Below are positions 29,548 through 46,200 of a stretch of DNA of 64,000 bases, in pieces (within the stretch, counting starts at the first letter, position 1; the number at the start of each line of letters is the position of its first letter). The notes beneath the pieces were generated by a model that saw nothing but the letters and a program-made list of their open reading frames with translations, had not been told where the DNA came from and did not search any database. The position numbers and the translations under genes were made by a program. The DNA comes from Eledone cirrhosa (taxonomy: Eukaryota), in NCBI GenBank assembly GCA_964016885.1, contig OZ024743.1, forward strand, positions 170,996,001 through 171,060,000. Reading direction: 5' to 3'.

Positions 29548-32500
29548 TGTAAGACCACTGTATCAACACCATAATCACAACTACTGTAAGACCACGGTAT
29601 CAACACCGTAGTCAGAACTACTGTAAGACCACTGTATCAACACCACAGTCACAACGTCTGTAAGACCACTGAATCAACACCATAGTCACAACCACTGTAA
29701 GACCACTGTATCAACAACACAGTCACAACTATTCTAAGACCACTGTATCAACACCACAGTCACAACTACTGTAAGACCACTGTATCAACACCACAGTCAT
29801 AACTACTGTAAGACCACTATATCCACACCATAGTCACAACTACTGTAAGACCACTATATCAACACCAGAGTCACAACTACTGTAAGACAACTGTATCAAA
29901 ACCACAGTCACAACTACTGTAAGACCACTGTATCAACACCACACTCACAACTACTGTAAGACCACTGTATCAACACCACAATCATACCTACTGTAAGACC
30001 ACTGTCTCAACACCATAGTCACAACTACTGTAAGACAACTGTATCAACAACACAGTCACAACTACTCTAAGACCACTGTATCAACACCACAGTCACAACT
30101 ACTGTAAGCCCACAGTATCAACAGCATAGTCATAACTACTGTAAGACCAGTCTATCAACGCCATAGTCATAACTACCGTAAGACCACTGTATCAACACCA
30201 TAGTCATAAGACCACTGTATCAACACCATGGTCACAACTACTGTAAGACCACTGTATCAACACCATAGTCACAACTACTGTAAGACCACTGTATCAACAC
30301 CACAATCACAACTACTGTAAGACCACTGTATCAACACCATAGTTACAACTACTGTAAGACAACTGTATCAACAACACAGTCACAACTACTCTAAGACCAC
30401 TGTGTCAACACCACAGTCACAACTACTGTTAGCCCACTGTATCAACACCATAGTCATAACTACTGTAAAACCACTGTATCAACACCATAGTCACAACTAC
30501 TGTAAGACCCCTGTATCAACACCATAGTCATAACTACCGTAAGACCACTGTATCAACTCCATAGTCATAAGACCACTGTATCAACACCATAGTCACAACT
30601 ACTGTAAGACCACTGTATCAATACCATAGTCATAACTACTGTAAGACCTCTGTATCAACACCACCATCACAACTTCAGTAAGACCACTGTATCAACAACA
30701 CAGCCACAACTACTGTAAGACCACTGTATCAACACCATAATCACAACTACTGTAAGACCACGGTATCAACTCCTTAGTCAGAACTACTGTAAGACCACTG
30801 TATCAACACCACAGTCACAACGTCTGTAAGACCACTGAATCAACACCATAGTCACAACTACTGTAAGACCACTGTATCAACAACACAGTCACAACTACTC
30901 GAAGACCACTGTATCAACACCACAGTCACAACTACTCTAAGCCCACTGTATCAACACCATAGTCATAACTACTGTAAGACCACTGTATCAACACCATAGT
31001 CATAACTACCGTAAGACCACTGTATCAACACCACAGTCATAAGACCACTGTATCAACACCATAGTCACAACTACTGTATGACCACTGTATCAACAGCATA
31101 GTCATAACTATTGTAAGACCACTGTATCAACACCACAGTCACAACTACAGTAAGACCACTTTATCAACACCATAGTCACAACTACTGTAAGACCACTGTA
31201 TCAACTCCATAGTCACAACTACTGTAAGACCACTGTATCAACACCATAGTCACAACTACTGTAAGAAAACTGTATCAACACCACAGTCATAACTACTGTA
31301 AGACCACTGTATCAACACCACAGTCACAACTACTGTAAGAACACTGTATCAACACCGCAGCCACACCTACTGTCAGACCACTGTATCAACATCACAGCCA
31401 CAAGAACTATAAGACCACTGTATCAACACCACAGCCAGAACTACTGTAAGACCACTGTATCAACTCCATAGTCACAACTACTGTAAGACCACTGTATCAA
31501 CACCATAGTCACAACTACTGTATAAACACTGTATCAACACCACAGTCATAACTACTGTAAGACCACTGTATCAACACCATAGTCACAACTACTGTAAGAC
31601 CACTGTATCAACACCATAGTCACAATGTCTGTAATACGACAGTATCAACACCATAGTCACAACTATTGTAAGACCACTGTATCAACACCACAGTCACAAC
31701 TACTGTAAGACCACTCTATCAACACCATAGTCACAACTACTGTAAGACCACTGTATCAACACCACAGTCACAACTACTGTAAGCCCACTGTATCAACACC
31801 ATAGTCATAACTAGTGTAAGACCACTGTATCTACACCATAGTCACAACTACTGTAAGACCACTGTATCAACACCACACTCACAACTACTGTAAGACCACT
31901 GTATCAACACCACAGTCACAACTACTGTAAAACCACTGTATCAACACCACAGCCACAACTACTGTAAGACCACTGTATCAACATCACAGCCACAACAACT
32001 ATAAGATCACCGTATCAACACCACAGCCACAACTACTGTAAGACCACTGTATCAACACCATAATCACAACTACTATAAGCCCACTGTATCAACACCATAG
32101 TCACAACGTCTGTAATACGACAGTATCAACACCATAGTCACAAATATTGTAAGACCACTGTATCAACACCACAGTCACAACTACTGTAAGACCACTGTAT
32201 CAACACCACAGTCATAACTACTGTAAGACCACTGTATCCACACCATAGTCACAACTACTGTAAGACCACTGTATCAACACCATAGTCATAACGTCTGTAA
32301 TACGACAGTATCAACACCATAGTCACAACTATTGTAAGACCACTGTATCAACACCACAGTCATAACTACTTTAAGACCACTGTATCCACACAGTAGTCAC
32401 ATCTACTGTAAGACCACTGTATCAACACTATAGTCACAACTACTGTAAGAGCACTGTATCAACACCACAGTCACAACTACTGTAAGACCAATGTATCAAC

Positions 32501-35500
32501 ACCATAGTCACAACTACTGTAAGACCACTGTATCAACACCACAGTCACAACTACTGTAAGCCCACTGTATCAACACCCTAGTCATAACTAGTGTAAGACC
32601 ACTGTATCAACACCATAGTCACAACTACTGTAAGACCACTGTATCAACACCATAGTCATAACTACCGTAAGACCACTGTATCAACACCACAGTCATAAGA
32701 CCACTGTATCAACACCATATTCACAACTACTGTAAGACCACTGTATCAACACCATAGTCACAACTACTGTAAGACCACTGTATCAACACCATATTCATAA
32801 CTACCGTAAGACCACTGTATCAAGGCCATAGTTATACGACTACTGTATCAACACAACAGCCACAACTACTGTAAGACCACTGTATCAACACCACAGTCAC
32901 AACTACTGTAAGACAACTGTATCAACACCACAGTCACAACTACTGTAAGACCACTGTATCAACACCACAGCCACAACTACTGTAAGACCACTGTATCAAC
33001 ACCATAATCACAACTACTGTAAGACCATGGTATCAACACCGTAGTCAGAACTACTGTAAGACCACTGTATTAACACCACAGTCACAACGTCTGTAAGACC
33101 ACTGAATCAACACCATAGTCACAACTACTGTAAGACCACCGTATCAACAACACTGTCACAACTACTCTAAGACCACTGTATCAACACCACAGTCACAACT
33201 ACTGTAAGACCACTGTATCAACACCACAGTCACAACTACTGTAAGACCACTGTATCAATACCACACTCACAACTACTGTAAGACCACTGTATCTACACCA
33301 CAATCACAACTACTGTAAGAACACTGTATCAACACCATAGTCACACCTACTGTAGGACCACTGTATCAACACCACAGACACAACGTCTGTAAGACCACTA
33401 AATCAACACCATAGTCACAACTACTGTCAGACAACTGTATCAACAACACAGTCACAACTACTCTAAGACCACTGTATCAACACCACAGTCACAACTACTG
33501 TAAGACCACTGTATCAACACCACAGTCATAAACTACTGTAAGACCACTGTATCCACACCATAGTTACAACTACTGTAAGACCACTATATCAACACCAGTA
33601 TCACAACTACTGTAAGACAACTGTATCAACACCACAGTCACAACTACTGTAAGACGACTGTATCAACACCACAATCACAACTACTGTAAGACCACTGTCT
33701 CAACACCATAGTCACAACCACTGTAAGACAACTGTATCAACAACACAGTCACAACTACTCTAAGACCACTGTATCAACACCACCGTCACAACTACTGTAA
33801 GCCCAGTGTATCAACACCATAGTAATAACTACTGTAAGACCACTGTATCAACACCATAGTCATAACTTCCGTGAGACCACTGTATCAACACCGTAGTCAT
33901 AAGACCACTGTATCAACACCATAGTCACAACTACTGTAAGACCATTGTATCAACACCACAGTCACAACTACTGTAAGACCACTGTATCAACACCACACTC
34001 ACAACTACTGTAAGACCACTGTATCAACACCACAATCACAACTACTGTAAGACCACTGTATCAACACCACAGTCACAACTACTGTAAGCCCACTGTATCA
34101 ACACCCTAGTCATAACTAGTGTAAGACCACTCTATCAACACCATAGTCACAACTATTGTAAGACCAGTGTATCAACACCATAGTCATAACTACCGTAAGA
34201 CCACTGTATCAACATCACAGTCATAAGACCATTGTATCAACACCACAGTCACAACTACTGTAAGACAACTGTATCAACACCACAGTCACAACTACTGTAA
34301 TACCACTGTATCAACACCACAGCCACAACTACTGTAAGACCACTGTATCAACACCATAATCACAACTACTGTAAGACCACGGTATCAACACCGTAGTCAG
34401 AACTACTGTAAGACCACTGTATCAACACCACAGTCACAACGTCTGTAAGACCACTGAATCAACACCATAGTCACAACCACTGTAAGACCACTGTATCAAC
34501 AACACAGTCACAACTACTCTAAGACCACTGTATCAACACCACAGTCACAACTACTGTAAGACCACTGTATCAACACCACAGTCATAACTACTGTAAGACC
34601 ACTGTATCCACACCATAGTCACAACTACTGTAAGACCACTATATCAACACCAGAGTCACAATTACTGTAAGACAACTGTATCAACACCACAGTCACAACT
34701 ACTGTAAGACCACTGTATCAACACCACACTCACAACTACTGTAAGACCACTGTATCAACACCACAATCATAACTACTGTAAGACCACTGTCTCAACACCA
34801 TAGTCACAACTACTGTAAGACAACTGTATCAACAACACAGTCACAACTACTCTAAGACCACTGTATCAACACCACAGTCACAAATACTGTAAGCCCACTG
34901 TATCAACAGCATAGTCATAACTACTGTAAGACCAGTCTATCAACACCATAGTCATAACTACCGTAAGACCACTGTATCAACACCATAGTCATAAGACCAC
35001 TGTATCAACACCATGGTCACAACTACTGTAAGACCACTGTATCAACACCATAGTCACAACTACTGTAAGACCACTGTATCAACACCACAATCACAACTAC
35101 TGTAAGACCACTGTATCAACACCATAGTTACAACTACTGTAAGACAACTGTATCAACAACACAGTCACAACTACTCTAAGACCACTGTGTCAACACCACA
35201 GTCACAACTACTGTTAGCCCACTGTATCAACACCATAGTCATAACTACTCTAAGCCCACTGTATCAACACCATAGTCATAACTACTGTAAGACCACTGTA
35301 TCAACACCATAGTCATAACTACCGTAAGACCACTGTATCAACACCACAGTCATAAGACCACTGTATCAACACCATAGTCACAACTACTGTATGACCACTG
35401 TATCAACAGCATAGTCACAACTATTGTAAGACCACTGTATCAACACCACAGTCACAACTACAGTAAGACCACTTTATCAACACCATAGTCACAACTACTG

Positions 35501-38500
35501 TAAGACCACTGTATCAACTCCATAGTCACAACTACTGTAAGACCACTGTATCAACACCATAGTCACAACTACTGTAAGAAAACTGTATCAACACCACAGT
35601 CATAACTACTGTAAGACCACTGTATCAACACCACAGTCACAACTACTGTAAGAACACTGTATCAACACCGCAGCCACAACTACTGTAAGACCACTGTATC
35701 AACATCACAGCCACAAGAACTATAAGACCACTGTATCAACACCACAGCCAGAACTACTGTAAGACCACTGTATCAACTCCATAGTCACAACTACTGTAAG
35801 ACCACTGTATCAACACCATAGTAACAACTACTGTAAGAACACTGTATCAACACCACAGTCATAACTACTGTAAGACCACTGTATCAACACCATAGTCACA
35901 ACTACTGTAAGACCACTGTATCAACACCATAGTCACAATGTCTGTAATACGACAGTATCAACACCATAGTCACAACTATTGTAAGACCACTGTATCAACA
36001 CCACAGTCACAACTACTGTAAGACCACTCTATCAACACCATAGTCACAACTACTGTAAGACCACTGTATCAACACCACAGTCACAACTACTGTAAGACCA
36101 CTGTATCAACACCACAGCCACAACTACTGTAAGACCACTGTATCAACATCACAGCCACAACAACTATAAGATCACCGTATCAACACCACAGCCACAACTA
36201 CTGTAAGACCACTGTATCAACACCATAATCACAACTACTATAAGCCCACTGTATCAACACCATAGTCACAACGTCTGTAATACGACAGTATCAACACCAT
36301 AGTCACAAATATTGTAAGACCACTGTATCAACACCACAGTCACAACTACTGTAAGACCACTGTATCAACACCACAGTCATAACTACTGTAAGACCACTGT
36401 ATCCACACCATAGTCACAACTACTGTAAGACCACTGTATCAACACCATAGTCATAACGTCTGTAATACGACAGTATCAACACCATAGTCACAACTATTGT
36501 AAGACCACTGTATCAACACCACAGTCATAACTACTTTAAGACCACTGTATCCACACCGTAGTCACATCTACTGTAAGACCACTGTATCAACACTATAGTC
36601 ACAACTACTGTAAGAGCACTGTATCAACACCACAGTCACAACTACTGTAAGACCACTGTATCAACAACACAGTCACAACTACTGTAAGCCCACTGTATCA
36701 ACACCATAGTCATAACTACTGTAAGACCACTGTATCAACACCATAGTCATAACTACCGTAAGACCCCTGTATCAACACCGTAGTCATAAGACCACTGTAT
36801 CAAAACCATAGTCACAACTACTGTAAGACCATTGTATCAACACCACAGTCACAACTACTGTAAGACCACTGTATCAACACCACACTCACAACTACTGTAA
36901 GACCACTGTATCAACACCACAATCACAACTACTGTAAGCCCACTGTATCAACACCATAGTCACAACTACTGTAAGACCACTGTATCAACACCATAGTCAT
37001 AACGTCTGTAATACGACAGTATCAACACCATAGTCACAACTATTGTAAGACCACTGTATCAACACCACAGTCATAACTACTTTAAGACCACTGTATCCAC
37101 ACCGTAGTCACATCTACTGTAAGACCACTGTATCAACACTATAGTCACAACTACTGTAAGAGCACTGTATCAACACCACAGTCACAACTACTGTAAGACC
37201 ACTGTATCAACAACACAGTCACAACTACTGTAAGCCCACTGTATCAACACCATAGTCATAACTACTGTAAGACCACTGTATCAACACCATAGTCATAACT
37301 ACCGTAAGACCCCTGTATCAACACCGTAGTCATAAGACCACTGTATCAAAACCATAGTCACAACTACTGTAAGACCATTGTATCAACACCACAGTCACAA
37401 CTACTGTAAGACCACTGTATCAACACCACACTCACAACTACTGTAAGACCACTGTATCAACACCACAATCACAACTACTGTAAGCCCACTGTATCAACAC
37501 CATAGTCACAACTACTGTAAGACCACTGTATCCACACCATAGTCATAACTACTGTAAGACCACTGTATCAACACCATAGTCACAACTACTGTAAGACCAC
37601 TGTATCAACACCATAGTCATAACTACCGTAAGACCACTGTATCAACACCAAAGTCATAAGACCACTGTATCAAAACAATAGTCACGACTACTGTAAGACC
37701 ACTGTATCAACACCATAGTCAGAACTACTGTAAGACCACTGTATCAACACCATAGTCACAACTACTGTAAGACCACTGTATCAACACCATAGTCACAACT
37801 ACTGTAAGAACACTGTATCAACACCACAGTCATAACTACTGTAAGACCACTGTATCAACACCACAGTCACAACTAGTGTAAGACCACTGTATCAACACCA
37901 CAGTCACAACTACTGTAAGACCACGGTATCAACACCGTAGTCAGAACTACTGTAAGAACACTGTATCAACACCACAGTCACAACGTCTGTAAGACCACTG
38001 AATCAACAAAATAGTCACAACTACTGTAAGACCACTGTATCAACAACACAGTCACAACTACTCTAAGACCACTGTATCAACACCACAGTCACAACTACTG
38101 TAAGACCACTGTATCAACACCACAGTCATAACTACTGTAAGACCACTGTATCCACACCATAGTCACAACTACTGTAAGACCACTGTATCAACACCAGATT
38201 CACAACTACTGTAAGACCACTGTATCAACACCACAGTCACAACTACTGTAAGACTACTGTATCAACACCACACTCACAACTACTCTAAGACCACTGTATC
38301 AACACGACAGTTACAACTACTGTAAGCCCACCGTATCAACACCATAGTCATAACTACTGTAAGACCAGTGTATCAACACCATAGTCATAACTACCGTAAG
38401 ACCACTGTATCAACACCATAGTCATAAGACCACTGTATCAACACCATGGTCACAACTACTGTAAGACCACTGTATCAACACCACAGTCACAACTACTGTA

Positions 38501-41500
38501 AGACCACTGTATCAACAGCATAGTCACAACTATTGTAAGACCACTGTATCAACACCACAGTCACAACTACAGTAAGACCACTTTATCAACACCATAGTCA
38601 CAACTACTGTAAGACAACTGTATCAACACCATAGTCACAACTACTGTAAGACCACTGTATCAACACCATAGTCACAACTACTGTAAGAACACTGTATCAA
38701 CACCACAGTCATAACTACTGTAAGACCACTGTATCAACACCACAGTCACAACTACTGTAAGACCACTGTATCAACACCACAGCCACAACTACTGTAAGAC
38801 CACTGTATCAACATCACAGCCACAACAACAATAAGATCACCGTATCAACACCACAGCCACAACTACTGTAAGACCACTGTATCAACACCATAATCACAAC
38901 TACTATAAGCCCACTGTATCAACACCATAGTCACAACTACTGTAAAACCACTGTATCAACACCATAGTCACAACGTCTGTAATACGACAGTATCAACACC
39001 ATAGTCACAAATATTGTAAGACCACTGTATCAACACCACAGTCACAACTACTGTAAGACCACTGTATCAACACCACAATCATAACTACTGTAAGACCATT
39101 GTATCCACACCATAGTCACAACTACTGTAAGACGACTGTATCAACACCATAGTCATAACGTCTGTAATACGACAGTATCAACACCATAGTCACAGCTATT
39201 GTAAGACCACTGTATCAACACCACAGTCACAACTACTGTAAGACCACTGTATCAACACCACAGTCATAACTACTTTAAGACCACTGTATCCACACCATAG
39301 TCACATCTACTGTAAGACCACTGTATCAACACCATAGTCACAACTACTGTAAGAGCACTGTATCAACACCACAGTCACAACTACTGTAAGACCACTGTAT
39401 CAACAACACAGTCACAACTACTGTAAGCCCACTGTATCAACACCATAGTCACAACTACTGTAAGACCACTGTATCCACAACATAGTCATAACTACTGTAA
39501 GACCACTGTTTCAACACCATAGTCACAACTAGTGTAAGACCACTGTATCAACACCATAGTCATAACTACCGTAAGACCACTGTATCAACACCACAGTCAT
39601 AAGACCACTGTATCAAAACAATAGTCACGACTACTGTAAGACCACTGTATCAACACCATAGTCACAACTACTGTAAGACCACTGTATCAACACCATAGTC
39701 ACAACTACTGTAAGAACACTGTATCAACACCACAGTCATAACTACTGTAAGACCACTGTATCAACACCACAGTCACAACTACTGTAAGACCAATGTATCA
39801 ACACCACAGTCACAACTACTGTAAGACCACTGTATCGACACCATAATCACAACTACTGTAAGACCACGGTATCAACACCGTAGTCAGAACTACTGTAAGA
39901 CCACTGTATCAACACCACAGTCACAACGTCTGTAAGACCACTGAATCAACACCATAGTCACAACTACTGTAAGACCACTGTATGAACAACACAGTCACAA
40001 CTACTCTAAGACCACTGTATCAACACCACAGTCACAACTACTGTAAGACCACTGTATCAACACCACAGTCATAACTACTGTAAGACCACTGTATCCACAC
40101 CATAGTCACAACTACTGTAAGACCACTGTATCAACACCAGATTCACAACCACTGTAAGACCACTGTATCAACACCACAGTCACAACAACTGTAAGACCAC
40201 TGTATCAACACCACACTCACAACTACTCTAAGACCAATGTATCAACACCACAGTCACAACTACTGTAAGCCCACCGTATCAACACCATAGTCATAACTAC
40301 TGTAAGACCAGTGTATCAACACCATAGTCATAACTACCGTAAGACCACTGCATCAACACCATAGTCATAAGACCATTGTATCAACACCATGGTCACAACT
40401 ACTGTAAGACCACTGTATCAACACCATAATCACAACTACTATAAGCCCACTGTATCAACACCATAGTCACAACTACTGTAAGACCACTGTATCAACAACA
40501 TAGTCATAACGTCTGTAATACGACAGTATCAACACCATAGTCACAACTATTGTAAGACCACTGTATCCACACCATAGTCACAACTACTGTAAGACCACTG
40601 TATCAACACCATAGTCATAACGTCTGTAATACGACAGTATCAACACCATAGTCACAACTATTGTAAGACCACTGTATCAACACCACAGTCACAACTACTG
40701 TAAGACCACTGTATCAACACCACAGTCATAACTACTGTAAGACCACTGTATACACACCATAGTCACATCTACTGTAAGACCACTGTATCAACACCACAGT
40801 CACAACTACTGTAAGACCACTGTATCAACAGCATAGTCACAACTATTGTAAGACCACTGTATCAACACCACAGTCACAACTACAGTAAGACCACTTTATC
40901 AACACCATAGTCACAACTACTGTAAGACAACTGGATCAACACCATTGTCACAACTACTGTAAGACCACTGTATCAACACCATAGTCACAACTACTGTAAG
41001 AAGACTGTATCAACCCCACAGTCATAACTACTGTAAGACCACTGTATCAACACCACAGTCACAACTACTGTAAGACCACTGTATCAACACCACAGCCACA
41101 ACTACTGTAAGACCACTGTATCAACATCACAGCCACAACAACAATAAGATCACCGTATCAACACCACAGCCACAACTACTGTAAGACCACTGTATCAACA
41201 CCATAATCACAACTACTATAAGCCCACTGTATCAACACCATAGTCACAACTACTGTAAAACCACTGTATCAACACCATAGTCACAACGTCTGTAATACGA
41301 CAGTATCAACACCATAGTCACAAATATTGTAAGACCACTGTATCAACACCACAGTCACAACTACTGTAAGACCACTGTATCAACACCACAGTCATAACTA
41401 CTGTAAGACCACTGTATCCACACCATAGTCACAACTACTGTAAGACCACTGTATCAACACCATAGTCATAACGTCTGTAATACGACAGTATCAACACCAT

Positions 41501-43295
41501 AGTCACAGCTATTGTAAGACCACTGTATCAACACCACAGTCACAACTACTGTAAGACCACTGTATCAACACCACAGTCATAACTACTTTAAGACCACTGT
41601 ATCCACACCATAGTCACATCTACTGTAAGACCACTGTATCAACACCATAGTCACAACTACTGTAAGAGCACTGTATCAACACCACAGTCACAACTACTGT
41701 AAGACCACTGTATCAACAACACAGTCACAACTACTCTAAGACCACTGTATCAACACCACAGTCACAACTACTGTAAGACCACTGTATCAACACCACAGTC
41801 ATAACTACTGTAAGACCACTGTATCAACACCGTAGTCATAAGACCACTGTATCAAAACCATAGTCACAACTACTGTATGACCATTGTATCAACACCACAG
41901 TCACAACTACCGTAAGATGTAAGACCACTGTATCAACACCACACTCACAAATACTGTAAGACCACTGTATCAACACCACAATCACAACTACTGTAAGCCC
42001 ACTGTATCAACACCATAATCACAACTACTGTAAGACCACTGTATCCACAACATAGTCATAACTACTGTAAGACCACTGTTTCAACACCATAGTCACAACT
42101 AGTGTAAGACCACTGTATCAACACCATAGTCATAACTACCGTAAGACCACTGTATCAACACCACAGTCATAAGACCACTGTATCAAAACAATAGTCACGA
42201 CTACTGTAAGACCACTGTATCAACACCATAGTCACAACTACTGTAAGACCACTGTATCAACACCATAGTCACAACTACTGTAAGAACACTGTATCAACAC
42301 CACAGTCATAACTACTGTAAGACCACTGTATCAACACCACAGTCACAACTACTGTAAGACCAATGTATCAACACCACAGTCACAACTACTGTAAGACCAC
42401 TGTATCGACACCATAATCACAACTACTGTAAGACCACGGTATCAACACCGTAGTCAGAACTACTGTAAGACCACTGTATCAACACCACAGTCACAACGTC
42501 TGTAAGACCACTGAATCAACACCATAGTCACAACTACTGTAAGACCACTGTATGAACAACACAGTCACAACTACTCTAAGACCACTGTATCAACACCACA
42601 GTCACAACTACTGTAAGACCACTGTATCAACACCACAGTCATAACTACTGTAAGACCACTGTATCCACACCATAGTCACAACTACTGTAAGACCACTGTA
42701 TCAACACCAGATTCACAACTACTGTAAGACCACTGTATCAACACCACAGTCACAACTACTGTAAGACCACTGTATCAACACCACACTCACAACTACTCTA
42801 AGACCACTGTATCAACACCACAGTCACAACTACTGTAAGCCCACCGTATCAACACCATAGTCATAACTACTGTAAGACCAGTGTATCAACACCATAGTCA
42901 TAACTACCGTAAGACCACTGTATCAACACCATAGTCATAAGACCATTGTATCAACACCATGGTCACAACTACTGTAAGACCACTGTATCAACACCATAAT
43001 CACAACTACTATAAGCCCACTGTATCAACACCATAGTCACAACTACTGTAAGACCACTGTATCAACAACATAGTCATAACGTCTGTAATACGACAGTATC
43101 AACACCATAGTCACAACTATTGTAAGACCACTGTATCCACACCATAGTCACAACTACTGTAAGACCACTGTATCAACACCATAGTCATAACGTCTGTAAT
43201 ACGACAGTATCAACACCATAGTCACAACTATTGTAAGACCACTGTATCAACACCACAGTCACAACTACTGTAAGACCACTGTATCAACACCACAG
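29548..43295. repeat. Copy B of the near-identical segmental duplication
   Basis: Matches copy A marker for marker with only a handful of differences seen (e.g. near 32491, 35066, 40150, 41654). It lacks the 2431-bp internal duplication and keeps the 44 bp missing in A. Confidence 0.92.
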
Positions 43296-46200
43296 TCATA
43301 ACTACTGTAAGACCACTGTATACACACCATAGTCACATCTACTGTAAGACCACTGTATCAACACCATAGTCATAACTACCGTAAGACCACTGTATCAACA
43401 CCGTAGTCATAAGACCACTGTATCAAAACCATAGTCACAACTACTGTAAGACCATTGTATCAACACCACAGTCACAACTACTGTAAGACCACTGTATCAA
43501 CACCACACTCACAACTACTGTAAGACCACTGTATCAACACCACAGTCACAACTACTGTAAGACCACTGTATCAACACCACAGCCACAACTACTGTAAGAC
43601 CACTGTATCAACACCATAATCACAACTACTATAAGCCCACTGTATCAACACCATAGTCACAACGTCTGTAATACGACAGTATCAACACCATAGTCACAAA
43701 TATTGTAAGACCACTGTATCAACACCACAGTCACAACTACTGTAAGACCACTGTATCAACACCACAGTCATAACTACTGTAAGACCACTGTATCCACACC
43801 ATAGTCACAACTACTGTAAGACCACTGTATCAACAACATAGTCATAACGTCTGTAATACGACAGTATCAACACCATAGTCACAAATATTGTAAGACCACT
43901 GTATCAACACCACAGTCACAACTACTGTAAGACCACTGTATCAACACCACAGTCATAACTACTTTAAGACCACTGTATCCACACCGTAGTCACATCTACT
44001 GTAAGACCACTGTATCAACACTATAGTCACAACTACTGTAAGAGCACTGTATCAACACCACAGTCACAACTACTGTAAGACCACTGTATCAACAACACAG
44101 TCACAACTACTGTAAGCCCACTGTATCAACACCATAGTCATAACTACTGTAAGACCACTGTATCAACACCATAGTCATAACTACCGTAAGACCACTGTAT
44201 CAACACCCTAGTCATAAGACCACTGTATCAAAACCATAGTCACAACTACTGTAAGACCATTGTATCAACACCACAGTCACAACTACTGTAAGACCACTGT
44301 ATCAACACCACACTCACAACTACTGTAAGACCACTGTATCAACACCACAATCACAACTACTGTAAGCCCACTGTATCAACACCATAGTCACAACTACTGT
44401 AAGACCACTGTATCCACACCATAGTCATAACTACTGTAAGACCACTGTATCAACACCATAGTCACAACTACTGTAAGACCACTGTATCAACACCATAGTC
44501 ATAACTACCGTAAGACCACTGTATCAACACCAAAGTCATAAGACCACTGTATCAAAACAATAGTCACGACTACTGTAAGACAACTGTATCAACACCATAG
44601 TCAGAACTACTGTAAGACCACTGTATCAACACCATAGTCACAACTACTGTAAGACCACTGTATCAACACCATAGTCACAACTACTGTAAGAACACTGTAT
44701 CAACACCACAGTCATAACTACTGTAAGACCACTGTATCAACACCACAGTCACAACTAGTGTAAGACCACTGTATCAACACCACAGTCACAACTACTGTAA
44801 GACCACTGTATCAACACCATAATCACAACTACTGTAAGACCACGGTATCAACACCGTAGTCAGAACTACTGTAAGAACACTGTATCAACACCACAGTCAC
44901 AACGTCTGTAAGACCACTGAATCAACACCATAGTCACAACTACTGTAAGACCACTGTATCAACAACACAGTCACAACTACTCTAAGACCACTGTATCAAC
45001 ACCAGATTCACAACTACTGTAAGACCACTGTATCAACACCACAGTCACAACTACTGTAAGACTACTGTATCAACACCACACTCACAACTACTCTAAGACC
45101 ACTGTATCAACACGACAGTCACAACTACTGTAAGCCCACCGTATCAACACCATAGTCATAACTACTGTAAGACCAGTGTATCAACACCATAGTCATAACT
45201 ACCGTATGACCACTGTATCAACACCATAGTCATAAGACCACTGTATCAACACCATGGTCACAACTACTGTAAGACCACTGTATCAACAGCATAGTCACAA
45301 CTATTGTAAGACCACTGTATCAACACCACAGTCACAACGACAGTAAGACCACTTTATCAACACCATAGTCACAACTACTGTAAGACCACTGTATCAACAC
45401 CATAGTCACAACTACTGTAAGAACACTGTATCAACACCACAGTCATAACTACTGTAAGACCACTGTATCAACACCACAGTCACAACTACTGTAAGACCAC
45501 TGTATCAACACCACAGCCACAACTACTGTAAGACCACTGTATCAACATCACAGCCACAACAACTATATGATCACCGTATCAACACCACTGCCACAACTAC
45601 TGTAAGACCACTGTATCAACACCATAGTCATAACGTCTGTAATACGACAGTATCAACACCATAGTCACAGCTATTGTAAGACCACTGTATCAACACCACA
45701 GTCACAACTACTGTAAGACCACTGTATCAACACCACAGTCATAACTACTTTAAGACCACTGTATCCACACCATAGTCACATCTACTGTAAGACCACTGTA
45801 TCAACACCATAGTCACAACTACTGTAAGAGCACTGTATCAACACCACAGTCACAACTACTGTAAGACCACTGTATCAACAACACAGTCACAACTACTGTA
45901 AGACCACTGTATCAACGCCACAGTCATAACTACTGTAAGACCACTGTATCAACACCGTAGTCATAAGACCACTGTATCAAAACCATAGTCACAACTACTG
46001 TATGACCATTGTATCAACACCACAGTCACAACTACTGTAAGATGTAAGACCACTGTATCAACACCACACTCACAAATACTGTAAGACCACTGTATCAACA
46101 CCACAATCACAACTACTGTAAGCCCACTGTATCAACACCATAGTCACAACTACTGTAAGACCACTGTTTCAACACCATAGTCACAACTGCTGTAAGACCA

